Notes: generated from the letters alone by a model not told the origin. DNA of 64,000 bases from Carcharhinus amblyrhynchos (GCA_965287045.1 OZ336874.1:25544001-25608000), one strand, 5' to 3'; counted from the stretch's first letter, positions 48,710 to 61,468 are shown. Made by a program: numbers and translations.

Positions 48710-50225
48710 TTTCCAGATTTTGACCCAGTAACAGTGTAGGAAATGCAATATAGTTCAGATCAGGATGGTTAGCGGCTTGGAGGAAAACTTGTAAGTGGTG
48801 GTGCTCCCAAGTGTGACATTGGTGTACCTTTAAGGGATTTTTTTTAATCATGTTCTCTGAGGATCTCAGTTTTGCCGAGTTATTTGCAGAAATCCTTTCA
48901 TTGTTACTTAAATGGGGTTGTTTATTTTAACTCTGAGCTCTTTTATGACTCTGCATTGTTAGGAGGAAGGCCATGTGTTTTGGACAATTGTTTTTCCTTC
49001 CTAGGGCATTTAAGTTTTGTTTTCTGTTTGGCTGGCAGGACTTCTAGATTTAGAAGAGACGTCAAGCTGAAAATATATCATGCTATCATAGCCAAATTCA
49101 AAGTGAAAAACTTATGATTTAGCAGGGTTCATGAAACACTTTGGAGTTTCTGACCTAAACCATAACACCAAGCTCCTGCTACCTTATCCTACTAGGTGGT
49201 AAGTATTATGGATTTCAAAGGCACTGTCCAATGAGTTTTGGTGAGTTGCTGCAGTGCACATTGTAGATGGTGCACACTGCAGTCACAGTGAAATTCTGCT
49301 GGCTAGCTGAAAGCAAGGCTTCTTGCTTTTTTGGATAGAGAATCTGCTGTTGATGGCTCAACCAGAGTCTCTTGCTGGTGTTCTGGGAAGCTGTTCCGAC
49401 TCCAAACTTGTCTGTGTGTGCCTCAAGAGAAGTGCAGCATTCAGCCAAAGGACTCTGTCCCAGTATCATGAAAACATTACTTTTTGCTGTGTTAAACCTG
49501 TGAAAAGGGTTTTGTTTTGGTCGATGGAAAGTTTTGTTTGATTGGAACATTTTAGATACACATATGTTACGTTTTACATTAACATGGTTGTTCTGTTTTT
49601 GTTTGTAATTGATGAAGGTTATTACTAATTTTCAATCCATACGTGTTAACTATATTCTTAAAAAACTTTGTTTGATAAAAGGTCCCTAGTGGGTCAGTTG
49701 ATTCCACCTGAGGTGAGACATATCATGCTTATCCTATCCAAATTCAGAGTGCAAAACTTATGATCTAGATGGACTCCATAAAACACTTTGGAATTTCTGA
49801 CCTGAATTATAGCACCAAGCACCTGCTGCCTTGTCCTACTAGATGGTAAATATTGTGGATTTGAAAGGCACTGTCCAGTCAGCTTTGGTGAGTTGCTGCA
49901 GTGCACATTGTAGGTGGCACACACTGCTGCCACAATGCACCTGTGGTGGAAGGATTTCAAGTTTAAAGTAGTGGATGGAATAAGAATCAAATGATCTACT
50001 TTTTCCTGGATAGCACCAAGCTTCTTGAATGTTATTGGAGCCACACTCATCCCGGATCACACACCTGTCTCACCGTTGTCAATGGCCAATAAACTTTGGG
50101 AACTCAGGAGGTGAGTTACTCAGTGCAGAATTCTCAGCCTCTGATCTTCTCTTGTAGCCACAGTATTTATATGGCTGACGCAGTTAAGTTTCTGGTTAAC
50201 GGTAACTCCCACAATGTTGATGGTT
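48710..50225 (-). mobile_element. LINE fragment (L2/CR1 group) interrupted by an LTR and a duplication
   Basis: APITFKKLGAIQEKVDHLI..SFHHRCIVAAVCATYNVHCSNSPKL remnants. Confidence 0.75.
48812..49814 (+). mobile_element. Solo LTR (TG...CA) with a 5-bp CCAAG target-site duplication, partly duplicated
   Basis: CCAAG|TGTGACA at 48807-48818; CATAACA|CCAAG at 49161-49172; TATAGCA|CCAAG at 49808-49819. Confidence 0.75.
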
Positions 50226-50572
50226 TTGATTTGAATTGATTTGACTTGTGTTATTATTGTCACATGTATTGGAATACAGTGAAAAGTGTTGCTTCTTATG
50301 TGCTATACAGACAAAACATACTGTTCATAGAGTACACAGGAGAGAAGGAAAGGAGAGGGTGCAGAATATAGTGTTCCAGTAACAGATAAGATGTCAAGAA
50401 AGATCAGCTTATTTATGGTAGATCCACTGAGAAGTCTGATGGCAGCAGGGAAGAAGCTCTTCTTGAGTCAGTTGGACGTGATCTCAGACTTCTGTATATT
50501 TTTCCTAATGGAAGAAGTGGAAGAGAGTATGTCCGGGGTGTGTGGGGTTTTCGATTACACTGGCTGTTTTTC
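50225..50572 (-). mobile_element. Rex1/Babar 3' end
   Basis: Antisense match to 46620-46938 and parallel to 32080-32560. Confidence 0.88.
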
Positions 50573-51069
50573 CTGTGCTAATGTCATTGGACACCAAGGG
50601 GAGATCACTAGGCCTGAGGTTTTATGCTATCAAGATGCTTTGGAATTGCCACAGAGAGCACAAAAAAGGAATGGCAACTTCAGATTGTGTCAAACAGAAT
50701 CAGATATTGGGACGGACCAGTGAAAATTTCACTATATTGTGTGGCATATTGCAATTGACGGAGACATTTGACATGATAAAGGCTGATAATTTAATATGCA
50801 ATGAAATCAAATTAAGCTCGTTAGTAGAAAAGGCTTAGATGAAAAAAGGTATAATTGTATTGAATTTTGGAATGAAGTTGAGATCTTTGGAAAGCTTTGT
50901 GGTATTCCGTGCTGCTTGGCAATCTGAGGATTTCTCTTCGGCTGTTGTTTTACGTTCTTGTCTGTCTAAGCAAGTTTTATATATTTTTAATAAATCTTGG
51001 TACACTTTAAAACTGAAAGATTTCGCTTTTGTGAGATGTAATTTTCAAAAACATTTAGTTTTTCTAAGA

Positions 51070-51392
51070 AATAAGGCCACCATTCAAAAAAATCCCCACT
51101 TCAGCAGTTACTGTTATAATGTATCAACATGTTAAACTTAATTTAGCACAGCAAGCTCCCATGAATAGCAATGAGGTGATTGATCAATTAAATTACTTCA
51201 GCGGTGTTAACTGAGGAACACTATAAAAACTTGTTTAGGACACCTAAAACATTAGTTGTTTTCCTCGGATGCCCAGCTGGGAGCACATTCTAAATTTTAA
51301 TGTCTCATCTGAAAATTGTCACCTTTGTCAGTACAGTACTCTTTCAGTAATGCACTAAAATGTCTGTTTAGATTATGTGCTCAAGTGTCTGG
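51070..51392 (-). mobile_element. Degenerate Deu-domain SINE
   Basis: gcacagcaagctcccat..agcaatg and tttaatgtctcatctgaaa..cagtaatgcact, parallel to 5300-5685. Confidence 0.6.
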
Positions 51393-51399
51393 AAAGTCT

Positions 51400-52925
51400 A
51401 ATGCTTGACCAATCTATTGGAATTCTTTGATGATGTAACTCATAGAGCTAACCAAGGAGAATTAGTGGATATGGCTTATTTAGATTTTCAGAAGGTTTTT
51501 GACAAAGTGTCATATACTAGATTACTACATTAAGTTAAATCACATGGAATCACAGATAACGTCTTGAGATGGATAGAAAGCTGAGTAGCAGGTGGTTATT
51601 CTATGATTTTATGAAATGGGTCTTTTTCTGACTGGCAGTCAGTGACTATATCGGGTACCACAGGGATCTGTTCACATTATGTATTAATGGTTTGGAAGAG
51701 GGAACTTAGCACTGCTGCCTCACAGCACCAGGGAGCCAGGTTCAATTCAGGTCTCAGGTGACTGTCTGAGTGGAGTTTGAACATTCTCCCTGCGTCTGCG
51801 TGGGTTTCGTCTGGGTGCTCTAGTTTCGTCTCACAATCCAAATATGTGTGGGTTAGAGTGATTGACCATGATAAATTGCCCCTTAATGTCAGGGGAATTA
51901 GGAGGGTAAATACCTGGGGTTCCAGGAATAGGACGTGGGTGGGATTAGCAGTGTAGGCCCGATGGGCCGAATGGCCTCCTTCACTGTAGATTCTGATTTT
52001 ATGATAAATGTATTATCTCCAAATTTGAGATGATACAAAATGGGTGGGAGGGTGAGCTGTGAGGAGGATGCAGAGATGTTTCAGTGTGATTTGGACAGGT
52101 TGAGTATGCAGGCATATGAGTGGCAGATGCAATATAATGCGTATAAATGTCAGGTATCCACTTCCATAGCAATAATATGAAGACAGATAATTAGTGTAAT
52201 TGAGAGAAGTGTAATTGGGTGTAAATTGAGAGAAGTGGATACTCAGCAAGACCTTGGTATCCTCGTGTATCAGTCGCTGGTACAGTAGACAATAAAGAAG
52301 GCAAATTGTATGTTGGCCTTCATAATGAAAGGATTTAAGTAAAGGAATTGAGATGTTTTACTACAATTGTATATAGTGTTGGTGAAGCTACACCTGGAGT
52401 ATTGTGTGCAATTTTGGTGTCCTTACCTGAAGAAAGATGCTCTTGCTATAGAGGGAGAACAGCGAAGGTTTACCAGACTGATTCCTGGGATGGCAGGTCT
52501 GTCATATGAGGAGAGATTAAATCGGTTAGGATTATATTCATTGGAGTTTAGAAGAGTGAGAGGGGATCTCATAGAAACAAAATTTTAAAGAACTAGACAG
52601 GGTAAATTCAGAAAGAATGTTCCCAATGGTGTGGGAGTCCAGGACTAGGGGTCATAATTTGAACATAAAGGATAAACCTTTTAGAACTGCGGTGAGGAAA
52701 AATTTCTTCACACAGTGGGTCATGAGTATGTGAAATTCATTACCACAGAAAGAAGTTGAGGTCATAACTTTGATTCCAAGAAGAAATTAGATATGGCTCT
52801 TGGGGCTAAGCAGATGTGGGCAGAAGGGGAACTATGATATTTAATTTGATGATTAGTTCTGATCATAATGGATGGCGGAGCAGGCTCGAAGGGCGAATGA
52901 TCTACTCCTGCTTCCATTTTCTATG
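51400..52925 (+). mobile_element. CR1 3' half with a SINE insertion
   Basis: CLTNLLEFFDDVT, YLDFQKVFDKV, HLEYCVQFWCPYLKKD, RRVRGDLIET; tail ttttctatg. Confidence 0.92.
51706..52003 (+). mobile_element. HE1-type V-SINE nested in the CR1
   Basis: V-domain and tail; CR1 resumes at aaatgtattatctcc. Confidence 0.9.
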
Positions 52926-53777
52926 AATGGAATTTGAACCTTAAAGTGAGCGTGCAACACTAAACCAAGGCACATAGCAATGATATTGATTTTTCCTTCT
53001 GGATAGCTTTGAGCCATACAGATAACAATAAATCATTAAAATAAAAAATGTTGCTGTTACACTTGGGGCAAAATCTAAGTATATGGAAAAAGGTTATACA
53101 GCAGATTGTATTTTATGCTTCATTCAGAATATCTGAAATAATTCATGAGGGCTGTGACCAATTTTTCTCATTCAGAGTAAATTGATGTTTAATTTGTTGA
53201 CCTAAAGCTATTAAAGTTAATAATCTTGGAATATTTATTCTTTGAACTACAAAATATGTAATTGAATCAAAGAAATTACTGCACAAAAAGAGCTCATTTG
53301 GTCAGTCAAACGCAAAAACTTGCATTTGCTTAAACCCTTTAAGATAAGCAAAATCCTGAGACATTTTAAAATGGCACAAGCAAACAAAAATAGATGCCAA
53401 AGCAAAGAAGATATGAGGAGAGAAGGTGGGCTTTAAGGAATGTCTTGAAGAGGGAGAGGAAAGTAGAATGGAGTAGAAGTTGAAGGATGATTGAATTCAC
53501 GGCTGCCAATAGTAGGGCAAGGAGAATTGGGCTTCAGAAGAATGATGTGGAGATGCCAACATTGGACTGGGATAAGAACAGCAAGAAGTCAAAGAAGCCA
53601 GAGTTGAAAGAACAGAAAATTTGGAGACAGTCATGAAAGAAGAGCAAGTTTCAGAGATAAGGGGCAGAATTTAACGTAGGAAATGGGAGCCTCACCAACT
53701 GGCTGGAGAGGTGATAAGAGCCCCACATTGCCTTTTTCCGGGAAGGTCTGTCATTAAATGCCAATCAGGCAATAACT

Positions 53778-54030
53778 AAAGTTTATTTATTAGTCACAAG
53801 TAAGGCTTACATTAACACTGCAATGAAGTTACTGTGAAATTCCTCCAGTCACCACACTCAGGCGCCTGTTCGGGTCAATGCACCTAACCAGCATGTCTTT
53901 CAGACTGTGGAAGGAAACCCATGCAGACACGGGGAAGAACATGCAAACTCCACACAGACAGCGACCCCAGCCAGGAATCAAATTGGGTCCCTGGTGCTGT
54001 GAGGCAGTGGTGCTAACCACTGTGCCACCC
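53778..54030 (-). mobile_element. V-SINE with type-2 tail
   Basis: Antisense match to 39928-40223. Confidence 0.88.
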
Positions 54031-54329
54031 AACAGGGCAACAGAAGATCTTCCCGGGGATTAAGGACCCAAAGGCAGAAGTTTCATTTACTCAGACCTGT
54101 CAGCCAACTTGCAGCCCACCAGGGAAGCAGTAGCTACTACAAGTCCTATACAAAACCAAAGCCTACCATTGCCCAGAGATTCAGACACAGGTGAGTGCTC
54201 GTGTGTGGAAGGATTGCAAAGTGTATGTCACAGGGAAGGATGAGGAAGGAGGTTAGCAGCAAAGGTGCTTCTCTGTGACATCTTGCCCCTCCTCACTACC
54301 CAAACCCCACCTCCCAATGCTAATTCCCA

Positions 54330-54808
54330 TTGGAGTACCGAAGAGATTTACTAGGATACTCCCAGGACTTGATGATTTGAGTTATAAGGAGAGGCTGGAT
54401 TGACTGGGACTTTTTTCTCTAGAGCATGGAAGACTGAGGGAGATCTTAAAGAGGCCTATATAATATTGAGGGGCATAGATCTGCGAGATAGTCAATATCT
54501 TTTCCAAAAGGTAGGGGAGTCTAAAACTAGAGGGCATAAGTTTAAGGTGAGACAAAATTGTCCAGAGGGGCAAATTTTTCATTCAGAGGGTGGTGAATGT
54601 CTGGAACAAGCTACCAGAGGTAGTAGTAGAGTCGGGTACAATTTTATCTTTTACAGAGTGTTTAGACATTTACCTGGGTAAGATGGATATAGAGGGATAT
54701 GGGCCAAATGTGGGCAATTGGGACTAGCTTAGAGGTGTAAAACAAAAGAGCGGCATGGACAAGTTGGGCTGAAGGGCCTGTTTCCATGCTGTAAACCTCT
54801 ATGACTCC
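54330..54808 (+). mobile_element. CR1 3' end (same subfamily as 17960)
   Basis: GDLKEAYIILRGIDLRDSQYLFQKVGESKTRGHKFKV. Confidence 0.9.
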
Positions 54809-56013
54809 CTAATACTGTGAAAACTTCAATTGGATCACTTCTGAACCTTCTGAATTCCAATGAAAACATCCACTACTTGTATAACCTCCTCATAATTTAT
54901 CCCTTGAATTCCAATCATCATTCCAGTAAATCCACACTGCATTCCTGCCAAGGCCAATGTAATGTTCCAAAGGCATGGCATCAGAACTTTCACAATACCC
55001 AAGGTGGTGAAGAGGGTGAGTTAAATATTGATGGTGTACACATGGGACACAGTGTCTGTCGAAGAAATCACCAAGGATAGCTTGCAGACAGAGAGAAGAG
55101 GGGTCAGGAAAATTCTCTGGGAGACTAAGAACTCCAAGAAAAGAATATCTCCGGAGATAATCTGGCCAAGAATGGACAGATGAGAGAAATTGGAGCAAAG
55201 TTAATGCCACTTAACTGGACAATGAAAAGAAAGGTTTGAATGATATGGTTGACCAAAACTGACGAGCAGTCAAGGAAGAAGAAAAGGGATGATGCACCAT
55301 GATCACAGTCTCAGAATGTCATTTGGGAACGTGGTTAAAGCCATGTCAATAATGTGGCAGAAATAGAAATGTGATTGAAAAGATTCAAGCATAGAATTGC
55401 AAAATGAAAACATGATGGGAGAGATTCAAGCATGGAATTACAGAAAAGACAGACTGAGGTTGGAGGATAATTCAAGAACGTTGGAGAGGAAAGATGATTG
55501 ATAGCAATGATTTCCAAAGGCAAAAGAGACCGAGTTTTTTGAGGAAGAGGTGGATTTTGACAGTTTTGAGAGTGGAAGGGAGACTACCAGAGATTTATAT
55601 ACATGTACTGTTTTAGCAAGCACGGTGGGCAGAAAGGAACATTTTGTGGCTGGAGCTTTTGTGGGAGTGGGATCAAAATTTAGGAGGTAAGTCTTATTGA
55701 CAAAATATAACAACACAAGCAGAGATATAAAAGAAATTGGAGAAAGGGTCAGAGAAAAGAGGAGTCTGATGAGGTAAGATTTGGCTTGGCAGGCTAGCAG
55801 AAAGGAGGGTAGTTTCAGAGGCAGCTATTCTGAGGTGTTCTCAATCTTATTGATAAAGAAGTGATTCACACTTGTTGGAACCCAGAATAGAAGATAACAA
55901 GGAAAAGAGGTCTAAGGTGATGGCTACTATGATGAAAAGTTACGAAAGTTCTGTTTTCCCTGATCTTGGAATAGTAGGCATTGGCTGAGCGTGTGCAGTC
56001 TGAAAACAATTAG

Positions 56014-56332
56014 AGCAGCACGGTAGCACAGTGGTTAGCACTGCTGCTTCACAGCTCCAGGGTCCTGGGTTTGATTCCCTGCTCAGGTCACTGTCTATGT
56101 GGAGTTTGCACATTCTCCTCGTGTCTGTGTGGGTTTCCTCCAGGTACTCCGGTTTCCTCCCACAGTCCAAAGATGTGCCGGTTAGGTTGATTGGCCATGC
56201 TAACAAATTGCCCCTTAGTGTCCAGGGATGTGTAGGTTAGAGGGATTAGTGGGTATAATGGGTGGGATTGTGTTCGGTGCAGACTCGATGGGCCGAAGGG
56301 CCTATTTCTGCACTGTAAGTTTCTATGATTCT
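56014..56332 (+). mobile_element. HE1-type V-SINE (young)
   Basis: gcagcacggtagcacagtggttagcactgctgcttcacagctccaggg head; V-domain; tail. Confidence 0.95.
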
Positions 56333-57027
56333 AGTTTATGCACTTCAGTCAAATTTGGTGATGGATCTCTCCACATCTGCTCAGTGACTTGAGGAAGAAA
56401 AGCTGGTGGTTGTACATGCAGAGTGGTACGGGATAGGGAAAGATCAAGGGTTTTCTGGATACAAAGTTTTGATGGTGTACATAAGGGAGTGGTCAAGCAA
56501 ATTAGCAGCTATAAAAGTATTGTGGCTAATGGACGGCCAAAGGTTTGTAGATATTTGTAAGTATTTTGTGGAGAGATTTTTTCTGAGAACGGACGGAAAA
56601 GGAAATCTTACTGCAATGGAGAAAAGGATGTGAGAAACATAAGAAAGTGGTTGGTAGTGAGGAGAGGCACAATGAATAGCTACACTTGTGTTGATTCCTC
56701 AGCAGAAAGTGGTTGGTAGTAATCTTGTCAGTGTTAGAAACCATGAGACTGGAGAGGCAAAAGGATACGTCAAGATCAAATGATGGCCATTGATCTAGAT
56801 AACAAATTCCTATAGCGAACAAGGTTTAAGGGGATTGGGAGATCAGTGATTTCAGTGATTAGAGGATAAGGGAAATTGGAATGAAAATTGAAATCACTGA
56901 GGTTGAGGATTCACTCAGGTAGAATCAGAGAAAGGGAGGAAGGCTATTTTGGTAACAAAGTGTTTGGGAGCACGGTAAACTATGGTGATTTTAAAGGAAT
57001 GATAAGTGTGTTGGAATGGGTGGAAGT

Positions 57028-57377
57028 GGGCGGCATGGTGGCACAGTGGTTAGCACTGCTGCTTCACAGCTCCAGGGACCTGGGATCGATTCCCGGCTCA
57101 GGTCACTGTCTGTGTGGAATTTGCACATTCTCCTCGTGTCTGCGAGGGTTTCCTCTGGGTGCTCCGGTTTCCTCCCACAGTCCAAAGATGTGCGGGTTAT
57201 GTTGATTGGCCATGCTAAAATTGCCCCTTAGTGAACTGGGATGCATAGGTTAGAGGGATTAGCGGGTAAATGTGGAGGGTTATGGGGGTAGGGCCTGGGT
57301 GGGATTGTGGTCTGTGCAGACTCGATGGGCTGAAGGGCCTCTTTTTGCACTGTAGGGTTCTACATTCTATGATCTAT
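57028..57377 (+). mobile_element. HE1-type V-SINE (young)
   Basis: Near-identical to the 56014 copy. Confidence 0.95.
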
Positions 57378-58399
57378 GGAACAAGAAAGAGGTGCTCAAA
57401 GGAAGAGAACATAACAAAGTGGTGGTATGTGCAGGACACATGACTGTTAGGAGGGGTTACTGAAGGAAAACATGTTGTCACCCTTCAACAGAAAGTTTCT
57501 GTGTATACCATGATGGAAATTCATTCAAGTGCAATAAGGCCATCATCAGCAGCAGCCTTATCCATCAGCCGATAGAAATCCTGGAGGGAAATTTGGAGCA
57601 GTGAGCAAAATGTTGACGTTAAAGTTCAAAGTGGCATTGGCGAGTGTGGCAATTGGATCAGAAAGGAGATTGGAAAAAATAGCTGTAGATGAGCTAAATG
57701 GGATTTTCTGCTCACTAGAAAGCAGCAATGGGAGTTTTGGGCCCTGTGGAAAATACAAGGAGGGGCACAATGAATAGCTACACTTGGGCTGATTCCTCAG
57801 CTAGAGCTGTCTGCTTGAACCTCACCTGCATGCTCTTTCTCTACATATTTTAATATTATTATTAATAATCAAACACAAATTGTAATTCCTCTTCAGTTGT
57901 TTTGTTGTCTTGATTTCAATGGCTATTTGTAATTTAGTATTCTGGCTGCAAAATTCAGTTGTGCGTCTGATTTTATTGACAGAAAGTTGCTGTTTTGATT
58001 CAAGTTTGGCATCAGTGGCAGACATGGACTTCTGGTACAGGACCATGTTTAAATAACATTTTGGTGAAGACAGTTGCAATTGGCAGTGATGTTGCATTGG
58101 AACTCTGCAGAATAGGCAGGTTGTGACATCAACATGTTGCAGTTTTGATTTTGCTTATCTTTACCTCCTCCATCAGCAACAGCAGGAAGAAACACCACTA
58201 CCTCTTCCCCCAACCATCCCAACCTGTCCGAATCAATGCTAATCATCAACTATTTATTGTTAGTTGCTTATTTGTTTCTACAGGTTGTTGCTTCATTAGG
58301 AGATGTGTTTGGAATTCTCACTGTCATTGAAAGATTGTGAAGTCTACAGCTAAGCTGAAGCATGACAGGCAGAAAATGGAAAGAATGAAATGGAGAGTG

Positions 58400-60708
58400 C
58401 ACTACTAGTGAGCCTGCACATACCAGCGGGGGACAGAGTATGCCAGCAGAAGAGGGACTGCAGCTGGAATGAGATTCAGCCAGAGTGAGGGTATCGGAAA
58501 TTTGGAGCTGAGTGGAAATTATGTGCTGAGGGGAAAGAGGTGCTCACCTTTGGGAGGAGTGGCAAGTCGGACCTGCGAGGGACACTCAAGGGCAAGTGAG
58601 AGGTAGAAAAAAATCGAACTGTGATTTTCACAGCCAACAGGTAAATGATTGGCAGATGACTGGGTAGTGTTCTTTCTTTTTTTCTCTTGACATTGTAGTT
58701 GTTAAGTGTAAATTAATATAAGGGCTAAGTCATGGCAGGAGAACCCAGACCCATGTCATGCTCCTTTTGTGCGATGTGGAAATTCAGGGACACTTCCGGT
58801 GTCCCTGAATCCTTCACATGCAAGAATTTTGTCCAACTGTAACTCCTGTTAGACCACTTGGTGGCTCTGGAGCTGTGGATGGATTGATTTTGGAGCTGAG
58901 GAAGTCATGGATAGCACATTCAGTGAGTTTGTCACACTGCAAATAAAAATTACTCAGGGAGATAGGGAATGAGTGACCAACAGACAACAGAAGATGAGGA
59001 AGGTAGTGCAGGGTTCCCCTGGGGTCATCTCCCTCCAAAACATATATACCGTTTTGGATACTGTTGGGGGAGATAGCTTACCAGGGGAAGGTGGCAACAG
59101 CCAGATTCATGTCACCGTGGCTGGCTCTGCTGCACAGGAGGGCAGAACGAAGAGTGGCAGAGCTATAGTCATAAGGGATTCAATTATAAGGTGAATAGAC
59201 AGGTGTTTTTGCAGACGCAAACAAGACTCCAGGATGATACATTGCCTCCCTGTTTAAGGGTCAGTGTGGCTGCAAGGCATTCTGGAGGGGATGGTGAACA
59301 GCCAGCTGTTGATGTGCATATAGGCATCAACGATACAGGTACAAGTAACAGGATGAGGTCCTACAAGCTGAATTTAGGGAGTTAGGAGTTAAACTAAAAA
59401 GTAGGGCCTCAAAAATAATTATTTCAGGATTGCTATGACTGCCACATGCTAGTCAGAGTAGGAATGTCAGGATAGTTAAGATGACTATGTGGCTTAAGGG
59501 ATGGTGCAAGTGGGAGGGATTCAAATTCCTGGGATATTGAAATTGGTTCTGGGGAAGGCGGACCAGTACAAATCGAATGGTCTGCACCTGGGCAGGATTG
59601 GAACCAATGTCCTTGGGGAGTATTTGCGAGTGCTGCTGTAGAGAGTTCAAACTAATGTGGCAGGGAGATGGGAACTGATACAGGAAGTCAGAGGGAAGTA
59701 AAGTAGGGACAGAAACAAAAGGCAGGAAGGGGAAAATGGAAGGCAGGGAAATCAAAACCAAAGACAAAAATCAAAAATGACCGCACAGAGATTATGGAGA
59801 ACTCAGTGAATGGGTCCAGTAAGGCTAAGAGAAATAAAACACAGGGAGAGTGTACAAAACATGACAGGACAGGTGGCATGAGGTGTGTTTGCTTTAACAA
59901 AAGGAGTATTAACCCAAATGTGAGGTGATGCGATTTAGAAGGTCTATTGCAGAAGGAATGTATACAGCAAATGGTAGAGACCTTCGAAATATTAGTACAC
60001 AGAGGGATCTAGGCATGCAGATCCACAGTTCCCTGAAGGTAGCAACTCAGGTGGACAAGATAGTCAAGAAGACCTGTGGCATGCTGACCTTCATAGGTCA
60101 GGGTGTTGAATATAGGAATTGAAAAATCATATTGCAGCTGTATAAGACTTTGGTTAGGCCACATTTTGAGTATTACGTACAATTCTGGTAGCCACACTAC
60201 CGGAAGGATATTGATGTATTGGAAAGGGTGCAGAAAGGATTTATCAGGATGGTGCCTGGTTTGGTGGATATGGACTATGAAGAAAGGTTGAACAAACTTG
60301 GATTGTTTTCATCGGAGCATCGGAGAATGAGGGGGGACCTCATAGAGGTTTACAAGATTATGATACACTTGGCTAGAGTGGATAGTCTGAATCTTCTTCC
60401 CAGTGTCGAAGGGTCAATTACTCGGGGGCATAGGTTGAGAGTGAGGGGGGAATGTTTAAAAGAGATGTAAGGGGCAAGTTTTTCACACAGAAGGTGGTGA
60501 ATGCCTGTGACGTGCTGCTGGAGGAGGTGGTAGATGCAGATTCTACAACAACGTTCAAGAGACATCTGGTTGGAAACATGAATAGGCAGAAAATAGAGAC
60601 ATACGTATCACATAGACACAAGAAGATGTTAGATTAGAAAGACATTTGTGTGGGCACAGACTTGGTGAGCCGAAAGACCTGTTCCTGTGCTGTACTGTTC
60701 TTTGTTCT
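58400..60708 (+). mobile_element. Older CR1: 5' UTR, decayed esterase ORF1 (58732-59655) and ORF2 start joined directly to the ORF2 C-terminus and tail
   Basis: SCSFCAMWK, ISLQNIYTVL, IVIRDSIIR, VHIGINDT, GLHL; then CVCFNKRSI|KCEVMRF; HRRMRGDLIEVYKIM; tgttctttgttct tail. Confidence 0.9.
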
Positions 60709-60736
60709 TAATATGTGGACAGCTCATCTCTAATGA

Positions 60737-60862
60737 GGATTTCCTTCCCTAAAGGACACTAGTGAACCAGGTTGGTTTTTATGATAATTGACAATGGTTT
60801 CATGGTCATCATTAAACTTTTAATTCTAGATTTTTATTGAATTCGAATTTCACCATCTGCCA
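60737..60862 (-). mobile_element. tRNA-SINE fragment truncated near the young CR1 insertion
   Basis: gatttccttccctaaaggacactagtgaaccag...ttcaccatctgcc matches 21623-21745. Confidence 0.8.
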
Positions 60863-60873
60863 GGTACCCAGTG

Positions 60874-61310
60874 CATTTCTCCTGAGGAGCAGTATCGAGA
60901 GGCAGCGATTTTTGGGCGTGAGAGGAGGCAGCAAATAAGGTACATTTATCTGTTTATATTGTTTAACTTTTTATTTATAGTTTTAAAGTCGCGAGTTTCG
61001 GCGGTTTTTTTTTTAATTAGTTAGAAACCGGAAATCGTCACTAGGACGCTTGCCGGGAGTTGTAGTTTTTTTTTCTCGGGTTTATAAGCACCTACCTCCG
61101 TGTACTCGGCCTCATTGTTCCTGAGGAGCAGTATCGAGAGGCAGCGATTTTTGGGCGTGAGAGGAGGCAGCAAATAAGGTACATTTATCTGTTTATATTG
61201 TTTAACTTTTTATTTATAGTTTTAAAGTCGCGAGTTTCGGCGGTTTTTAATTAGTTAGAAACCGGAAATCGTCACTAGGACGCTTGCCGGGAGTTGTAGT
61301 TTTTTTTTTC
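60874..61310 (+). repeat. Tandem 5' UTR monomers, 239-bp period (one full monomer plus a ~195-bp second copy)
   Basis: cctgaggagcagtatcgagagg at 60881 and 61120; copies differ mainly in T-run length. Confidence 0.97.
61081..61116 (+). promoter_or_regulatory. Candidate TATA plus initiator at the monomer junction
   Basis: TTTATAAG at 61081-61088 and CTCATTG at 61111-61117; ETS-like CCGGAAAT upstream in each monomer. Confidence 0.5.
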
Positions 61311-61468
61311 TTGGGCCCCTAACCCTATAAGTTAGTGTAGAGAGGATACCCGATCCTCTACACTGGTAGAGAATCCCACCCTCCCACCTCCTCTAACCTA
61401 ATTATAAGAGTGGGGGAAGTTTGTTGTTTGTTTTTTAATTTATTTTTCTGCTGGTAATTGCTGCAGGG

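Larger units (their letters stand above)
55000..57550 (-). mobile_element. Heavily decayed L2-like LINE ORF2 (endonuclease region) hosting two SINEs
   Basis: Purine-rich + strand; reverse strand LNLSDFNFH (~56880-56910) resembles LILGDFNLH, and a GH..LD remnant lies at ~56770. Confidence 0.5.

Noticed and set aside
56014-56090. tRNA gene
   Set aside because: The A/B boxes belong to the tRNA-derived SINE head; no complete cloverleaf, and a V-domain follows
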